DNA from: the human T2T-CHM13v2.0 reference genome, Homo sapiens
NCBI RefSeq assembly: GCF_009914755.1
Contig: NC_060933.1
Reading direction: 5' to 3' (one strand)
DNA: 64,000 nucleotides
The translations under genes and the position numbers were made by a program. Positions within the stretch are counted from its first letter, which is position 1. Every line of letters begins with the position of its first letter. The notes below the pieces were generated by a model. That model made no database searches and had not been told where the DNA came from. It saw nothing but the letters and a program-made list of their open reading frames with translations. This document shows positions 41,660 through 55,519 of the stretch, piece after piece.

Positions 41660-44600
41660 ATGGAATGGAATGGAATGGAATCAACACGATTGCAATCGAA
41701 TGGAATGGAATGGAATTAACCCGAATAGAATGGAATGGAATGGAATGGAACGGAACGGAATGGAATGGATTGGAATGGAATGGAATGGAATGGAATGGAA
41801 TCAACGCGAGTGCAGGGGAGTGGAATGGAATGGAATGCAATGGAATGGAATATTCCGGAATGGAATGGAATGGAATGGAATGGAATGAAATGCAGTGGAT
41901 TCAACTCGATTGCAATGGAATGGAATAGAATGGAATGGAATGGAATGGAATGGAATTAACCCGAATAGAATGGAATGGAATGGAACGGAATGGAACGGAA
42001 TGGAATGGAATGGAATGGAATGGAATGGTATGGAATGGAATGGAATGGTACGGAATAGAATGGAATGGAACGAATTGTAATGGAATGGAATTGAATGGAA
42101 TGGAATGGAATGGAATCAACGCGAGTGCAGGGGAATGTAATGGAACGGAATGCAATGGAATGGAATCATCCGGAATGGAATGGAAAGGAATGGAATGGAA
42201 TGGAATCAACCCAAGTGCAATGGAATGGAGTGGAATGGAATGGAATGGAATGGAACAACCCGAATGGAATGGAATGTAATGGACAGTAAGGGAGTTGAAT
42301 AGAATCAATCCGAATGTAATGGAATGGAATGCAACGGAATGGAATGGAATGGAATGGAATGGAATGGAATGCAAAGGAATGGAATCAACCCGAGTGGAAT
42401 GGCATGGAATGGAATGCAATAGAATGGAATGGAATGGAATCAACTCGAGTGGAAATGAATGGAATGGAATGGAAAGGAATGGAATGAAGTCAACTCGAGT
42501 GGAATGGAATGGAATGGAATGGATTGGAATGGATTGCAATGGAATGAAATGGAATGGAAGGGAATGGAATCAATCATTCCGAGTGGAATGGAAGGGAATG
42601 TAATAGAGTGGAAAGAAGGGAATGGAGTCAACCCGAGTGGAATGCAAGGCAATGGAATGGAATGGAAAGGAATGGAATGGAATCAACTCGATTGCAATGG
42701 AATGGAATGGAATGGAATGGAATTAACCGGAATAGAATTTAATGGAATGGAATGGAACGGAATGGAATGGAATGGAAGGGAATGGAATCAACACAAGTGC
42801 AGGGGAATGGAATGGAATGGAATGCAATGGAATGGAATCATCCGGAATGGAATGGAATGGAATGGAATCAACTCCATTGCAATGGAATGGAATGGAATGG
42901 AATGGAATAGAATGGAATGGAATTAACCCGAATAGAATGGAATGCAATAGAATGGAATGCAACGGAACCGAATGGAGTGGAATGGAATGGAATGGAATGG
43001 AATGGAATGGAATGGAATGGAATCACCTCGATGGCAATCGAATGGAATGGAATGGAATTAACCCGAATAGAATGGAATGGAATGGAATGGAACGGAACGG
43101 AATGGAATGGAATGTAATGGAATGGAATGGAACGGAACGGAATGGAATGGAATGGAACGGAATGAAATCAACGCGAGTGCAGGGGAATGGAATGGAATGG
43201 AATGCAATGGAATGGAATCTTCCGGAATGGAATGGAATGGAATGGAATGGAATGGAATCAACACGATTGCAATCGAATGGAATGGAATGGAATTAACCCG
43301 AATAGAATGGAATGGAATGGAATGGAACGGAACGGAATGGAATGGATTGGAATGGAATGGAATGGAATGGAATGGAATCAACGCGAGTGCAGGGGAATGG
43401 AATGGAATGGAATGCAATGGAATGGAATATTCCGGAATGGAATGGAATGGAATGGAATGGAATGAAATGCAGTGGATTCAACTCGATTGCAATGGAATGG
43501 AATAGAATGGAATGGAATGGAATGGAATGGAATTAACCCGAATAGAATGGAATGGAATGGAACGGAATGGAACGGAATGGATTGGAATGGAATGGAATGG
43601 AATGGTATGGAATGGAATGGAATGGTACGGAATAGAATGGAATGGAACGAATTGTAATGGAATGGAATTGAATGGAATGGAATGGAATGGAATCAACGCG
43701 AGTGCAGGGGAATGTAATGGAACGGAATGCAATGGAATGGAATCATCCGGAATGGAATGGAAAGGAGTGGAATGGAATGGAATCAACCCAAGTGCAATGG
43801 AATTGAGTGGAATGGAATGGAATGGAATGGAACAACCCGAATGGAATGGAATGTAATGGACAGTAAGGGAGTTGAATAGAATCAATCCGAATGTAATGGA
43901 ATGGAATGCAACGGAATGGAATGGAATGGAATGGAATGGAATGGAATGCAAAGGAATGGAATCAACCCGAGTGGAATGGCATGGAATGGAATGCAATGGA
44001 ATGGAATGGAATTTAATCAACTCGAGTGGAAATGAATGGAATGGAATGGAAAGGAATGGAATGAAGTCAACTCGAGTGGAATGGAATGGAATGGAATGGA
44101 TTGGAATGGATTGCAATGGAATGAAATGGAATGGAATGGAATGGAATCAATCATTCCGAGTGGAATGGAAGGGAATGTAATAGAGTGGAAAGAAGGGAAT
44201 GGAGTCAACCCGAGTGGAATGCAAGGCAATGGAATGGAATGGAAAGGAATGGAATGGAATCAACTCGATTGCAATGGAATGGAATGGAATGGAATGGAAT
44301 TAACCGGAATAGAATGGAATGGAATGGAATGGAACGGAATGGAATGGAATGGAAGGGAATGGAATCAACACAAGTGCAAGGGAATGGAATGGAATGGAAT
44401 GCAATGGAATGGAATCATCCGGAATGGAATGGAATGGAATGGAATCAACTCCATTGCAATGGAATGGAATGGAATGGAATGGAATAGAATGGAATGGAAT
44501 TAACCCGAATAGAATGGAATGCAATAGAATGGAATGCAACGGAACCGAATGGAGTGGAATGGAATGGAATGGAATGGAATGGAATGGAATGGAATCACCT

Positions 44601-44820
44601 CGATGGCAATCGAATGGAATGGAATGGAATTAACCCGAATAGAATGGAATGGAATGGAATGGAACGGAACGGAATGGAATGGAATGGAATGGAATGGAAT
44701 GGAATGGAACGGAACGGAATGGAATGGAATGGAATGGAATGAAATCAACGCGAGTGCAGGGGAATGGAATGGAATGGAATGCAATGGAATGGAATCTTCC
44801 GGAATGGAATGGAATGGAAT
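41660..44820 (+). repeat. Head-to-tail tandem duplication, unit ~1577 bp (junction ~43240)
   Basis: Multiple ORF pairs are offset by exactly 1577; private variants TATTCCGG, GCAGTGGATT, GGACAGTAAGG, TAATAGAGTGG and CACCTCGATGGC each appear twice. Confidence 0.92.
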
Positions 44821-47800
44821 GGAATGGAATGAAAGGCAATGGATTCAACTCGATTGCAATGGAATGGAATAGAATGGAATGGAATGGAATGGAATGGAAT
44901 GGAATTGAATGGAATGGAATGCCTTCAAGCCGAATGGAATGGAATGGAATGGAATCAACACGAGTGGAAAGGAATGGAATGGAAAGGAAAGGAATGGAAT
45001 GGAATGGTATGGAATAGAATGGAATCAAACGAACTGGAATGGAATGAAATGGAATGGAATGGAATGGAATGGAATGGAATGGAATCGTTCTGAGTGGAAT
45101 AGGAGGCAATGTATTCGAGTGGAATGGAAAGGAATGGAATCAACCAGAGTGGAATGGAAGGGAATGGAATGGAATGGAAACTAATAGAATGGAATCAACC
45201 CGAGTGGAAAGGAATGGAAAGGACTGGAATGTAATGGAATGGAATGGAATGGAATGGAATGGAATCAACTCGATTGTAATGGAATGGAATGGAATGGAAT
45301 GGAATGGAATGGAATGGAATTAACCCGAATACAATGGAATGGAATGGAATGGAACGGAATGGAGTGGAATGGAATGGAATCAACCCGAGTGCAGGGGAAT
45401 GGAATGGAATGGAATGCAATGGAATGGAATCATCCGGAATGGAATGGAATGGAATGGAATGCAAAGCAACAGAATCAACTCAATTGCAATGGAATGGAAT
45501 GGAATGGAAAGGAATAGAATTGAATCAACCCGAGTGTAATGGAATGGAAAGGACTGGAATGGAGTGGAATGGAGTGGAATGGAATGGTATGGAATCAACT
45601 CGATTGGAATGGAATCTAATGGAATGGAATGGAATGGAATCAACTCGATTTCAATGGAATGGAATGGAATGGAATTAACCCGAATAGAATGGAATGGAAT
45701 GGAATGGAACGGAATGGAACGGAATGGAATGGAATGGAATGGAATGGAATGGAATGGAACGGAAAGGAATGGAATGGAATGGAATGGAATGGAATCAACG
45801 CGAGTGCAGGGGAATGGAATGTAATGGAATGCAATGGAATGGAATCTTCCGGAATGGAATGAAATGGAATGGAATCAACCCGAGTGCAATGGAATGGAGT
45901 GGAATGGAATGGAATGGAATGGAACAACCCGAATGGAATCGAATGTAATGGAGAGTACGGGAGTTGAATAGAATCAATCCGAATGTAATGGAATGGAATG
46001 GAACGGAATGGAATTGAATGGAATGGAATGGAATGCAATGGAATGGAATCAACCCGAGTGCAATGGAATGGAGAGGAATGGAATGGAATGGAATGGAAAC
46101 TACCCGAATGGAATGGAATGTAATGGAGTGTAAGGGAATTGAATAGAATCAATCCGAATGTAATGGAATGGAATGGAACGGAATGGAATGGAATGGAATG
46201 GAATGGAATGGAATGGAATCGTTCCGAGTGGAATAGGAGGGAATGTATTCGAGTGGAATGGAAAGGAATGGTATCAACCAGAGTGGAATGGAAGGGAATG
46301 GAATGGAATGGAAACTAATAGAATGGAATCAACCCGAGTGGAATGGAATGGAAAGGACTGGAATGGAATGGAATGGAATGGAATGGAATCAACTCGATTG
46401 TAATGGAATGCAATGGAATGGAATGGAATGGAATGGAGTCAACTCGATTGTAATGGAATGCAATGGAATGGAATGGAATGGAATGGAATGGAATGGAATG
46501 GAATGGAATGGAATTAACCCGAATAAAATGGAATGGAATGGAATGGAACGGAATGGAGTGGAATGGAATGGAATCAACCCGAGTGCAGGGGAATGGAATG
46601 GAATGGAATGCAATGGAATGGAATCATCCGGAATGGAATGGAATGGAATGGAAGGCAAAGCAATGGAATCAACTCGATTGCAATGGAATGGAATGGAATG
46701 GAAAGGAATACATTGGAATCAACCCGAGTGGAATGGAATGGAAAGGACTGGAATGGAGTGGAATGGAATGGAATGGAATGGAATGGAATCAACTCGATTG
46801 GAATGGAATGGAATGGAATGGAATGGAATTAACCCGAATACAATGGAATGGAATGGAATGGAACGGAATGGATTGGAATGGAATGGAATGGAATGGAATG
46901 GAATGGAATTGAATGGAATCAACCCGACTGCAGGGGAATGGAATGGAATGGAAGGCAATGGAATGGATTCAACTTGAATGGAATGGAAAGAATGCAATCA
47001 ACCCGAGTGGAATGGCATGGATTGGAATGGAATGGAATGGAATCAACCCGAGTACAGGGGAATGGAATGGAATGCAATGCAATGGAATGGAATCATCCGT
47101 AATGGAATGGAAAGGAATGGAATGGAATGGAATGGAATGGAATGGAATGGAATGGAATCAACTCGATTGCAATAGAATGGAATGAAATGGAATTAACCCG
47201 AATAGAATGGAATGGAATGGAATGGAACGGAACGGAACGGAATGGAACGGAACGGAGTGGAATGGAATGGAATGGAATTGTATGGAATGGAATGGCATGG
47301 TACGGAATAGAATGGAATGGAAAGAATTGGAATGGAATGGAATCGAATGGAATGGAATGGAATGGAATGGAATCAACCCGAGTGCAATGGAATGGAGTGG
47401 AATGGAATGGAATGGAATGGAACAACCCGAATGGAATGGAATGTAATGGAGAGTAAGGGAGTTGAATAGAATCAATCCGAATGTAATGGAATGGAACGGA
47501 ATGGAATGGAATGGAATGGAATGGAATGGAATGGAATGCAATGGAATGGAATCAACCCGAGTACAATGGAACGGAATGGAATGGAATGTAATGGAATGGA
47601 ATGGAATGGAATGGAATGGAATGGAATGGAATCAACCCGAGTGCAATGGAATGGAGAGAAATGGAATGGAATGGAATGGAAACTACCCGAATGGAATGGA
47701 ATGTAATGGAGCGTAAGGAAATTGAATAGAATCAATCCGAATGGAATGGAATGGAATGGAACGGAATGTAATGGAATGGAATGGAATGCAATGGAATGGA

Positions 47801-50800
47801 ATCAACCAGAGTGCAATCGAATGGAATCGAATGGAATGGAATGCAATGGAATGGATTCAACTTGAATGGAAAGGAAAGAATGGAATCAACACGAGTGGAA
47901 TGGCATGGATTGGAATGGAATGGAATGGAATCAACCCGAGTACAGGGGAATGGAATGGAATGGAATGCAATAGAATGGAATCATCAGTAATGGAATGGAA
48001 AGGAATGGAAAGGACTGGAATGGAATGGAATGTAATGGAATGGAATGGAATCAACTCGATTGCAATCGAATGGTATGGAATGGAATGGAATCAACTCGAT
48101 TGCAATCGAATGGAATGGAATGGAATTAACCCGAATAGAATGGAATGGAATGGTATGGAACGGAACGGAATGGAATGGAATGGAATGGAATGGAATGGAA
48201 TGGAACGGAAAGGAATGGAATGGAATGGAATGGAATGGAATGGAATGCAATGGAATCAACACGCGTGCAGGGGAATGGAATGGAATCGAATGGAATGGAA
48301 AGGAATGGAATGGAATCAACCCGAGTGCAGGGGAATGTAATGGAACGGAATGCAATGGAATGGAATCATCCGGAATGGAATGGAATGGAATCAACCCGAG
48401 TGCAATGGAATGGAGTGGAATGGAATGGAATGGAATGGAACAACCCGAATGGAATGGAATGTAATGGAGAGTAAGGGAGTTGAAAAGAATCAATCCGAAT
48501 GTAATGGAATGGAATGGAACGGAATGGAATGGAATGGAATGGAATGCAATGGAAAGGAATCAACCCGAGTACAATGGAATGGAATGGAATGGAATGGAAT
48601 GGAATGGAATGCAATGGAATGGAATCTTCCGGAATGGAATGGAATGGAATGGAATGGAATGCAATGGATTCAACTCGATTGCAATGGAATGGAATAGAAT
48701 GGAATGGAATGGAATGGAATGGAATGGAATTAAAACGAATAGAATGGAATGGAATGGAATGGAACGGAACAGAACGGAAAGGAACGGAACGGAGTGGAAT
48801 AGAATGGAATGGAATTGTATGGAATGGAATGGAGTGGTACGGAATAGAATGGAATGGAAAGAATTGGAATGGAATGGAATCGAATGGAATGGAATGGAAT
48901 GGAATGGAATCAACCCGAGTGCAGGGGAATGTAACGGAACGGAATGCAATGGAATGGAATCATCCGGAATGGAATGGAATGGAATGGAATGGAATGGAAT
49001 GGAATGGAATCAACCCGAGCGCAATGGAATGGAGTGGAATGGAATGGAATGGAATGGAATGGAACAACCCGAATGGAATGGAATGTAATGGAGAGTAAGG
49101 GAGTTGAATAGAATCAATCCGAATGTAATGGAATGGAACGGAATGGAATGGAATGGAATGGAATGGAATGGAATGGAATGGAATGGAATGGAATGCAATG
49201 GAATGGAATCAACCCGAGTACAAAGGAACGGAATGTAATGTAATGGAATGGAATGGAATCGAATGGAATGGAATGGAATGGAATGGAATCAACCCGAGTG
49301 CAATGGAATGGAGAGGAATGGAATGGAATGGAATGCAATGGAATGGAATCATCCGGAATGGAATGGAATGGAATGGAATGCAAAGCAATGGAATCAACTC
49401 GATTGCAATGGAATGGAATGGAATGGAAAGGAATACATTGGAATCAACCCGAGTGGAATGGAATGGAAAGGACTGGAATGGAATGGAATGGAATGGAATC
49501 AACTCGATTGTAATGGAATGGAATGGAATGGAATGGAAAGGAATGGAATGGAATTAACCCGAATACAATGCAATGCAATGGAATGGAACGGAATGGAGTG
49601 GAATGGAACGGAATCAACCCGAGTGCAGGGGAATGGAATGGAATGGAATGCAATGGAATGGAATCATCCGGAATGGAATGGAACGGAATGGAATGCAAAG
49701 CAATGGAATCAACTCGATTGCAATGGAATGGAATGGAATGGAAAGGAATACATTGGAATCAACCCGAGTGGAATGGAATGGAAAGGACTGGAATGGAGTG
49801 GAATGGAATGGAATGGAATGGAATGGAATCAACTCGATTGGAATGGAGTGGAATAGAATGGAATGGAATGGAATGGAATCAACTCGATTGGAATGGAATG
49901 GAATGGAATGGAATGGAATGGAATGGAATGGAATTAACCCGAATAGAATGGAATGGAATGGAATGGAACGGAACGGAAAGGAATGGAATGGAATGGAATG
50001 GAATGGAATGGAATCAACCCGACAGCAGGGGAATGGAATGGAATGGAATGGAAACAACCCGACTGCAGGGGAATGGAATGGAATGGAATGCAAAGGAATG
50101 GATTCAACTTGAATGAAATGGAAAGAATGGAATCAACACGAGTGGAATGGCATGGATTGGAATGGAATGGAATGGAATCAACCCGAGTACAAGGGAATGG
50201 AATGGAATGGAATGCAATGGAATGGAATCATCCGTAATGGAATGGAAAGGAATGGAATGGAATGGAATGGAATGGAATGGAATCAAGTCGATTGCAATCG
50301 AACGGAATGGAATGGAATTAACCCGAATAGAATGGAATGGAATGGAATGGAACGGAACGGAACGGAATGGAATGGATTGGAATGGAATGGAATGGAATGG
50401 AACGGAAAGGAATGGAATGGAATGTAATGGAATGGAATGGAATGGAATCAAAGCTAGTGCAGGGGAATGGAATGGAATGGAATGGAATGCAATGGAATGG
50501 AATCTTCCGGAATGGAATGGAATGGAATGGAATGGAATGGAATGGAATGGAATGGAATGGAATAAACCCGAGTGCAATGGAACGGAGTGGAATGGAATGG
50601 AATGGAATGGAACAACCCGAATGGAATGGAATGTAATGGAGAGTAAGGGAGTTGAATAGAATCAATCCGAATGTAATGGAATGGAATGGAACGGAATGGA
50701 ATTGAATGGAATGGAATGGAATGGAATGGAATCAACCCGAGTTCAATGGAATGGAGAGGAATGGAATGGACTGGAATGGAAACTACCCGAATGGAATGGA

Positions 50801-53800
50801 ATGTAATGGAGTCTAAGGGAATTGAATAGAATCAATCCGAATGTAATGGAATGGAATGGAACGGAATGGAATGGAATGGAACGGAATGGAATGGAATGGA
50901 ATGGAATGGAATGGAATGCAGTGGAATGGAATCAACCCGAGTGCAATCGAATGGAATCGAATGGAATGCAATGCAATGGAATGGATTCAACTTGAATGGA
51001 ATGGAAAGAATGGAATCAACACGAGTGGAATGGCATTGATTGGAATGTAATGGAATGGAATCAACCCGAGTACAGGGGAATGGAATAGAATGGAATGCAA
51101 TGGAATGGAATCATCCGTAATGGAATGGAAAGGAATGGAATGGAATGGAATGGAATGGAATGGAATCAACTCGATTGCAATCGAATGGAATGGAGAGGAA
51201 TTAACCCGAATAGAATGGAATAGAATGGAATGGAACGGAACGGAATGGAATGGAATGGAATGGAATGGAATGGAACGGAAAGGAAGGGAATGGAATGGAA
51301 TAGAATGGAATGGAATAGAATCAACGCGAGTGCAGGGGAATGGAATGGAATGGAATGCAATGGAATGGAATCTTCCGGAATGGAATGGAATGGAATGGAA
51401 TGGAATTGAATGGAATCAACCCGAGTGCAATGGAATGGAGTGGAATGGAATGGAATGGAATGGAACAACCCGAATGGAATGGAATGTAATGGAGAGTAAG
51501 GGAGTTGAATAGAATCAATCCGAATGTAATGGAATGGAATGGAACGGAATGGAATTGAATGGAATGGAATGGAATGCAATGGAATGGAATCAACCCGAGT
51601 TCAATGGAATGGAGAGGAATGGAATGGAATGCAATGGAAACTACCCGAATGGAATGTAATGGAGTGTAAGGGAATTGAATAGAATCAATCCGAATGTAAT
51701 GGAATGGAATGGAACGGAATGGAATGGAATGGAATGGAATGGAATGGAATGGAATGGAATGCAATGGAATGGAATCAACCCGAGTGCAATCAAATGGAAT
51801 CGAATGGAATGGAATGCAATGGAATGGATTCAACTTGAATGGAATGGAAAGAATGGAATCAACACGAGTGGAATGGCATGGATTGTAATGGAATGGAATG
51901 GAATCAACCCGAGTACAGGGGAATGGAATGGAATGGAATGCAATGGAATGGAATCAACCGTACTGGAATGGAAAGGAATTGAATGGAATGGAATGGAATG
52001 GAATGGAATGGAATGGAATGGAATCAACTCGATTGCAATCGAATGGAATGGAATGGAATTAACCCGAATAGAATGGAATGGAATGGAATGGAACGGAATG
52101 GAATGGAATGGAATGGAATGGAATGGAATGGAATGGAATGGAACGGAACGGAATGGAATGGAATGGAATGGAATCAACGCGAGTGCAGGGGAATGGAATG
52201 GAATGGAATGCAATGGAATGGAATCTTCCGGAATGGAATGGAATGGAATGGAATGGAATGAAATGCAATGGATTCAACTCGATTGCAATGGAATGGAATA
52301 GAATGGAATGGAATGGAATGGAATGGAATTAATCCGAATAGAATGGAATGGAATGCAATGGAACGGAATGGAATGGAATGGAATGGAATGGAATTGTATG
52401 GAATGGAATGGAATGGTACGGAATAGAATGGAATGGAACGAATTGTAATGGAATGGAATTGAATGGAATGGAATGGAATGGAATGGAATCAACGCGAGTG
52501 CAGGGGAATGTAATGGAAAGGAATGCAATGGAATGGAATCATCCGGAATGGAATGGAATGGAATGGAATGGAATGGAATGGAATCAACCCGAGTGCAATG
52601 GAATGGAGTGGAATGGAATGGAATGGAATGGAACAACCAGAATGGAATGGAATGTAATGGAGAGTAAGGGAGTTGAATAGAATCAATCCGAATGTAATGG
52701 AATGGAATGCAACGGAATGGAATGGAATGGAATGGAATGGAATGCAATGGAATTGAATCAACCCGAGTACAATGGAATGGAATGGAATGGAATGGAATGG
52801 AATGGAATGGAATGGAATGATACGGAATAGAATGGAATGGAACGAAATGGAATGGAATGGAATGGAATGGAATGGAATGGAATGGAATGGAATGGAATGG
52901 AATCAACCCGAGTGCAGGGGAATGGAATGGAATGGAATGCAATGGAATGGAATCATCCGGAATGGAATGGAATGGAATGGAATGCAAAGCAATGGAATCA
53001 ACTCGATTGCAATGGAATGGAATGGAATGGAAAGGAATACATTGGAATCAACCCGAGTGGAATGGAATGGAAAGGACTGGAATGGAGTGGAAAGGAATGG
53101 AATGGAATGGAATGGAATCAACTCGATTGGAATGGAATGGAATGGAATGGAATGGAATTAACCCGAATAGAATGGAATGGAATGGAACGGAACGGAACGG
53201 AATGGAATGGAATGGAATGGAATGGAATGGAATGGAATCAACCCGACTGCAGGGGAATGGAATGGAATGGAAGGCAATGGAATGGATTCAACTTGAATGG
53301 AATGGAAAGAATGGAATCAACACGAGTGGAATGGCATGGATTGGAATGGAATGGAATGGAATCAACCCGAGTACAGGGGAATGGAATGGAATGGAATGCA
53401 ATGGAATGGAATCATCCGTAATGGAATGGAAAGGAATGGAATGGAATGGAATGGAATGTTATGGAATGGAATGGAATGGAATCAACTCGATTGCAATCGA
53501 ATGGAATGGAATGGAATTAACCCGAATAGAATGGAATGGAATGGAATGGAACGGAACGGAACGGAACGGAACGGAGTGGAATGGAATGGAATGGAATTGT
53601 ATGGAATGGAATGGCATGGTACGGAATAGAATGGAATGGAAAGAATTGGAATGGAATTCCATGGAATGGAATGGAATGGAATGGAATGGAATGGAATGGA
53701 ATGGAATGGAATCAACCCGAGTGCAATGGAATGGAGAGGAATGGAATGGAATGGAAACTACCCGAATGGAATGGAATGTAATGGAGTGTAAGGGAATTGA

Positions 53801-55519
53801 ATAGAATCAATCCGAATGTAATGGAATGGAATGGAACGGAATGGAATGGAATGGAATGGAATGGAATGGAATGGAATCAACGCGAGTGCAGGGGAATGGA
53901 ATGGAATGGAATGCAATGGGTTGGAAACTTCCGGAATGGAATGGAATGGAATGGAATGGAATGAAAGGCAATGGATTCAACTCGATTGCAATGGAATGGA
54001 ATAGAATGGAATGGAATGGAATGGAATGGAATGGAATTGAATGGAATGGAATGCCTTCAAACCGAATGGAATGGAAAGGAATGGAATCAACACGAGTGGA
54101 AAGGAATGGAATGGAAAGGAATGGAATGGAATGGAATCAACCCGAGTGCAATGGAATGGATTCCAATGGAAAGGAATGGAATGGAATGGATTCAACAAGA
54201 ATGGAATGGAAAGGAATGGAATCAACCCGAGTGTAATGGCATGGAATGGAAGGGAATGGAATGGGATGGAATGGAATGGTACGGAATAGAATGGAATGGA
54301 ATGAAATGGAATGGAATGGAATGGAATGGAATGGAATGGAATGGAATGGAATGGAATGAACCTGTGTGCAATGGAATGGAATGGAATGGATTCAAGTCGA
54401 ATGGAATCAACTCGATTGCAATGGAATGGAATGGAATTGAAAGGAATAGAATGGAATCATCCCGAGTGGAATGGAATGGAAAGGACTGGAATGGAGTGGA
54501 ATGGAATGGAATGGAATGGAATGGAATGGAATGGAATCAACTCGATTGCAATCGAATGGAATTGAATGGAATTAACCCGAGTGCAGGGGAATGGAATGGA
54601 ATGGAATGCAATGGAATGGAATCATCCGGAATGGAATGGAATGGAATGGAATGGAATGGAATGGAATGGAATCAACTCGATTTCAATGGAATGGAATGGA
54701 ATAGAATGGAATGGAATTAACACGAATAGAATGGAATGGAATGGAATTGAATGGAACAGAAAGGAATGGAATGGAATGGAATGGAATCAACCCAAGTGCA
54801 GTGGAATGGAATGGAATGGAATTCAATGGAATGGAATCATCCGGAATGGAATGGAATGGAATGGAATGGAATGGAATCAACCCGAGTGCAATGGAATGGA
54901 GAGGAATGGAATGGAATGGAATGGAAACTACACGAATCGAATGGAATGTAATGGAGTGTAAGGGAATTGAATAGAATGAATCTGAATGGAATGGAATGGA
55001 ATGGAATCAACGCGAGTGCAGGGGAATGGAATGTAATGGAATGCAATGGAATGGAATCTTCCGTAATGGAATGGAATGGAATGGAATGCAATGGATTCAA
55101 CTCGATTGCAATGGAATGGAATAGAATGCAATGGAATGGAATGGAATGGAATTAACCAGAATAGAATGGAATGGAATGGAACGGAATGGAACGGAACGGA
55201 ATGGAATGGAATGGAATGGAATGGAATGGAATGGAATGGAATGGAATGGTGGGGAATGGAATGGAATGGAATGGAATCAACGCGAGTGCAGGGGAATGTA
55301 ATGGAACAGAATGTAATGGAATGGAATCATCCGGAATGGAATGGAATGGAATGGAATGGAATGGAATGGAATGCAATTGAATGGAATCAACCCGACTACA
55401 ATGGAATGGAATGGAATGGAATGGAATGGAATGGAATGGAATGGAATGGAATGGCTTCAAACCGAATGGAATGGAAAGGAATGGAATCAACACGAGTGGA
55501 ATGGAATGGAATGGAATGG

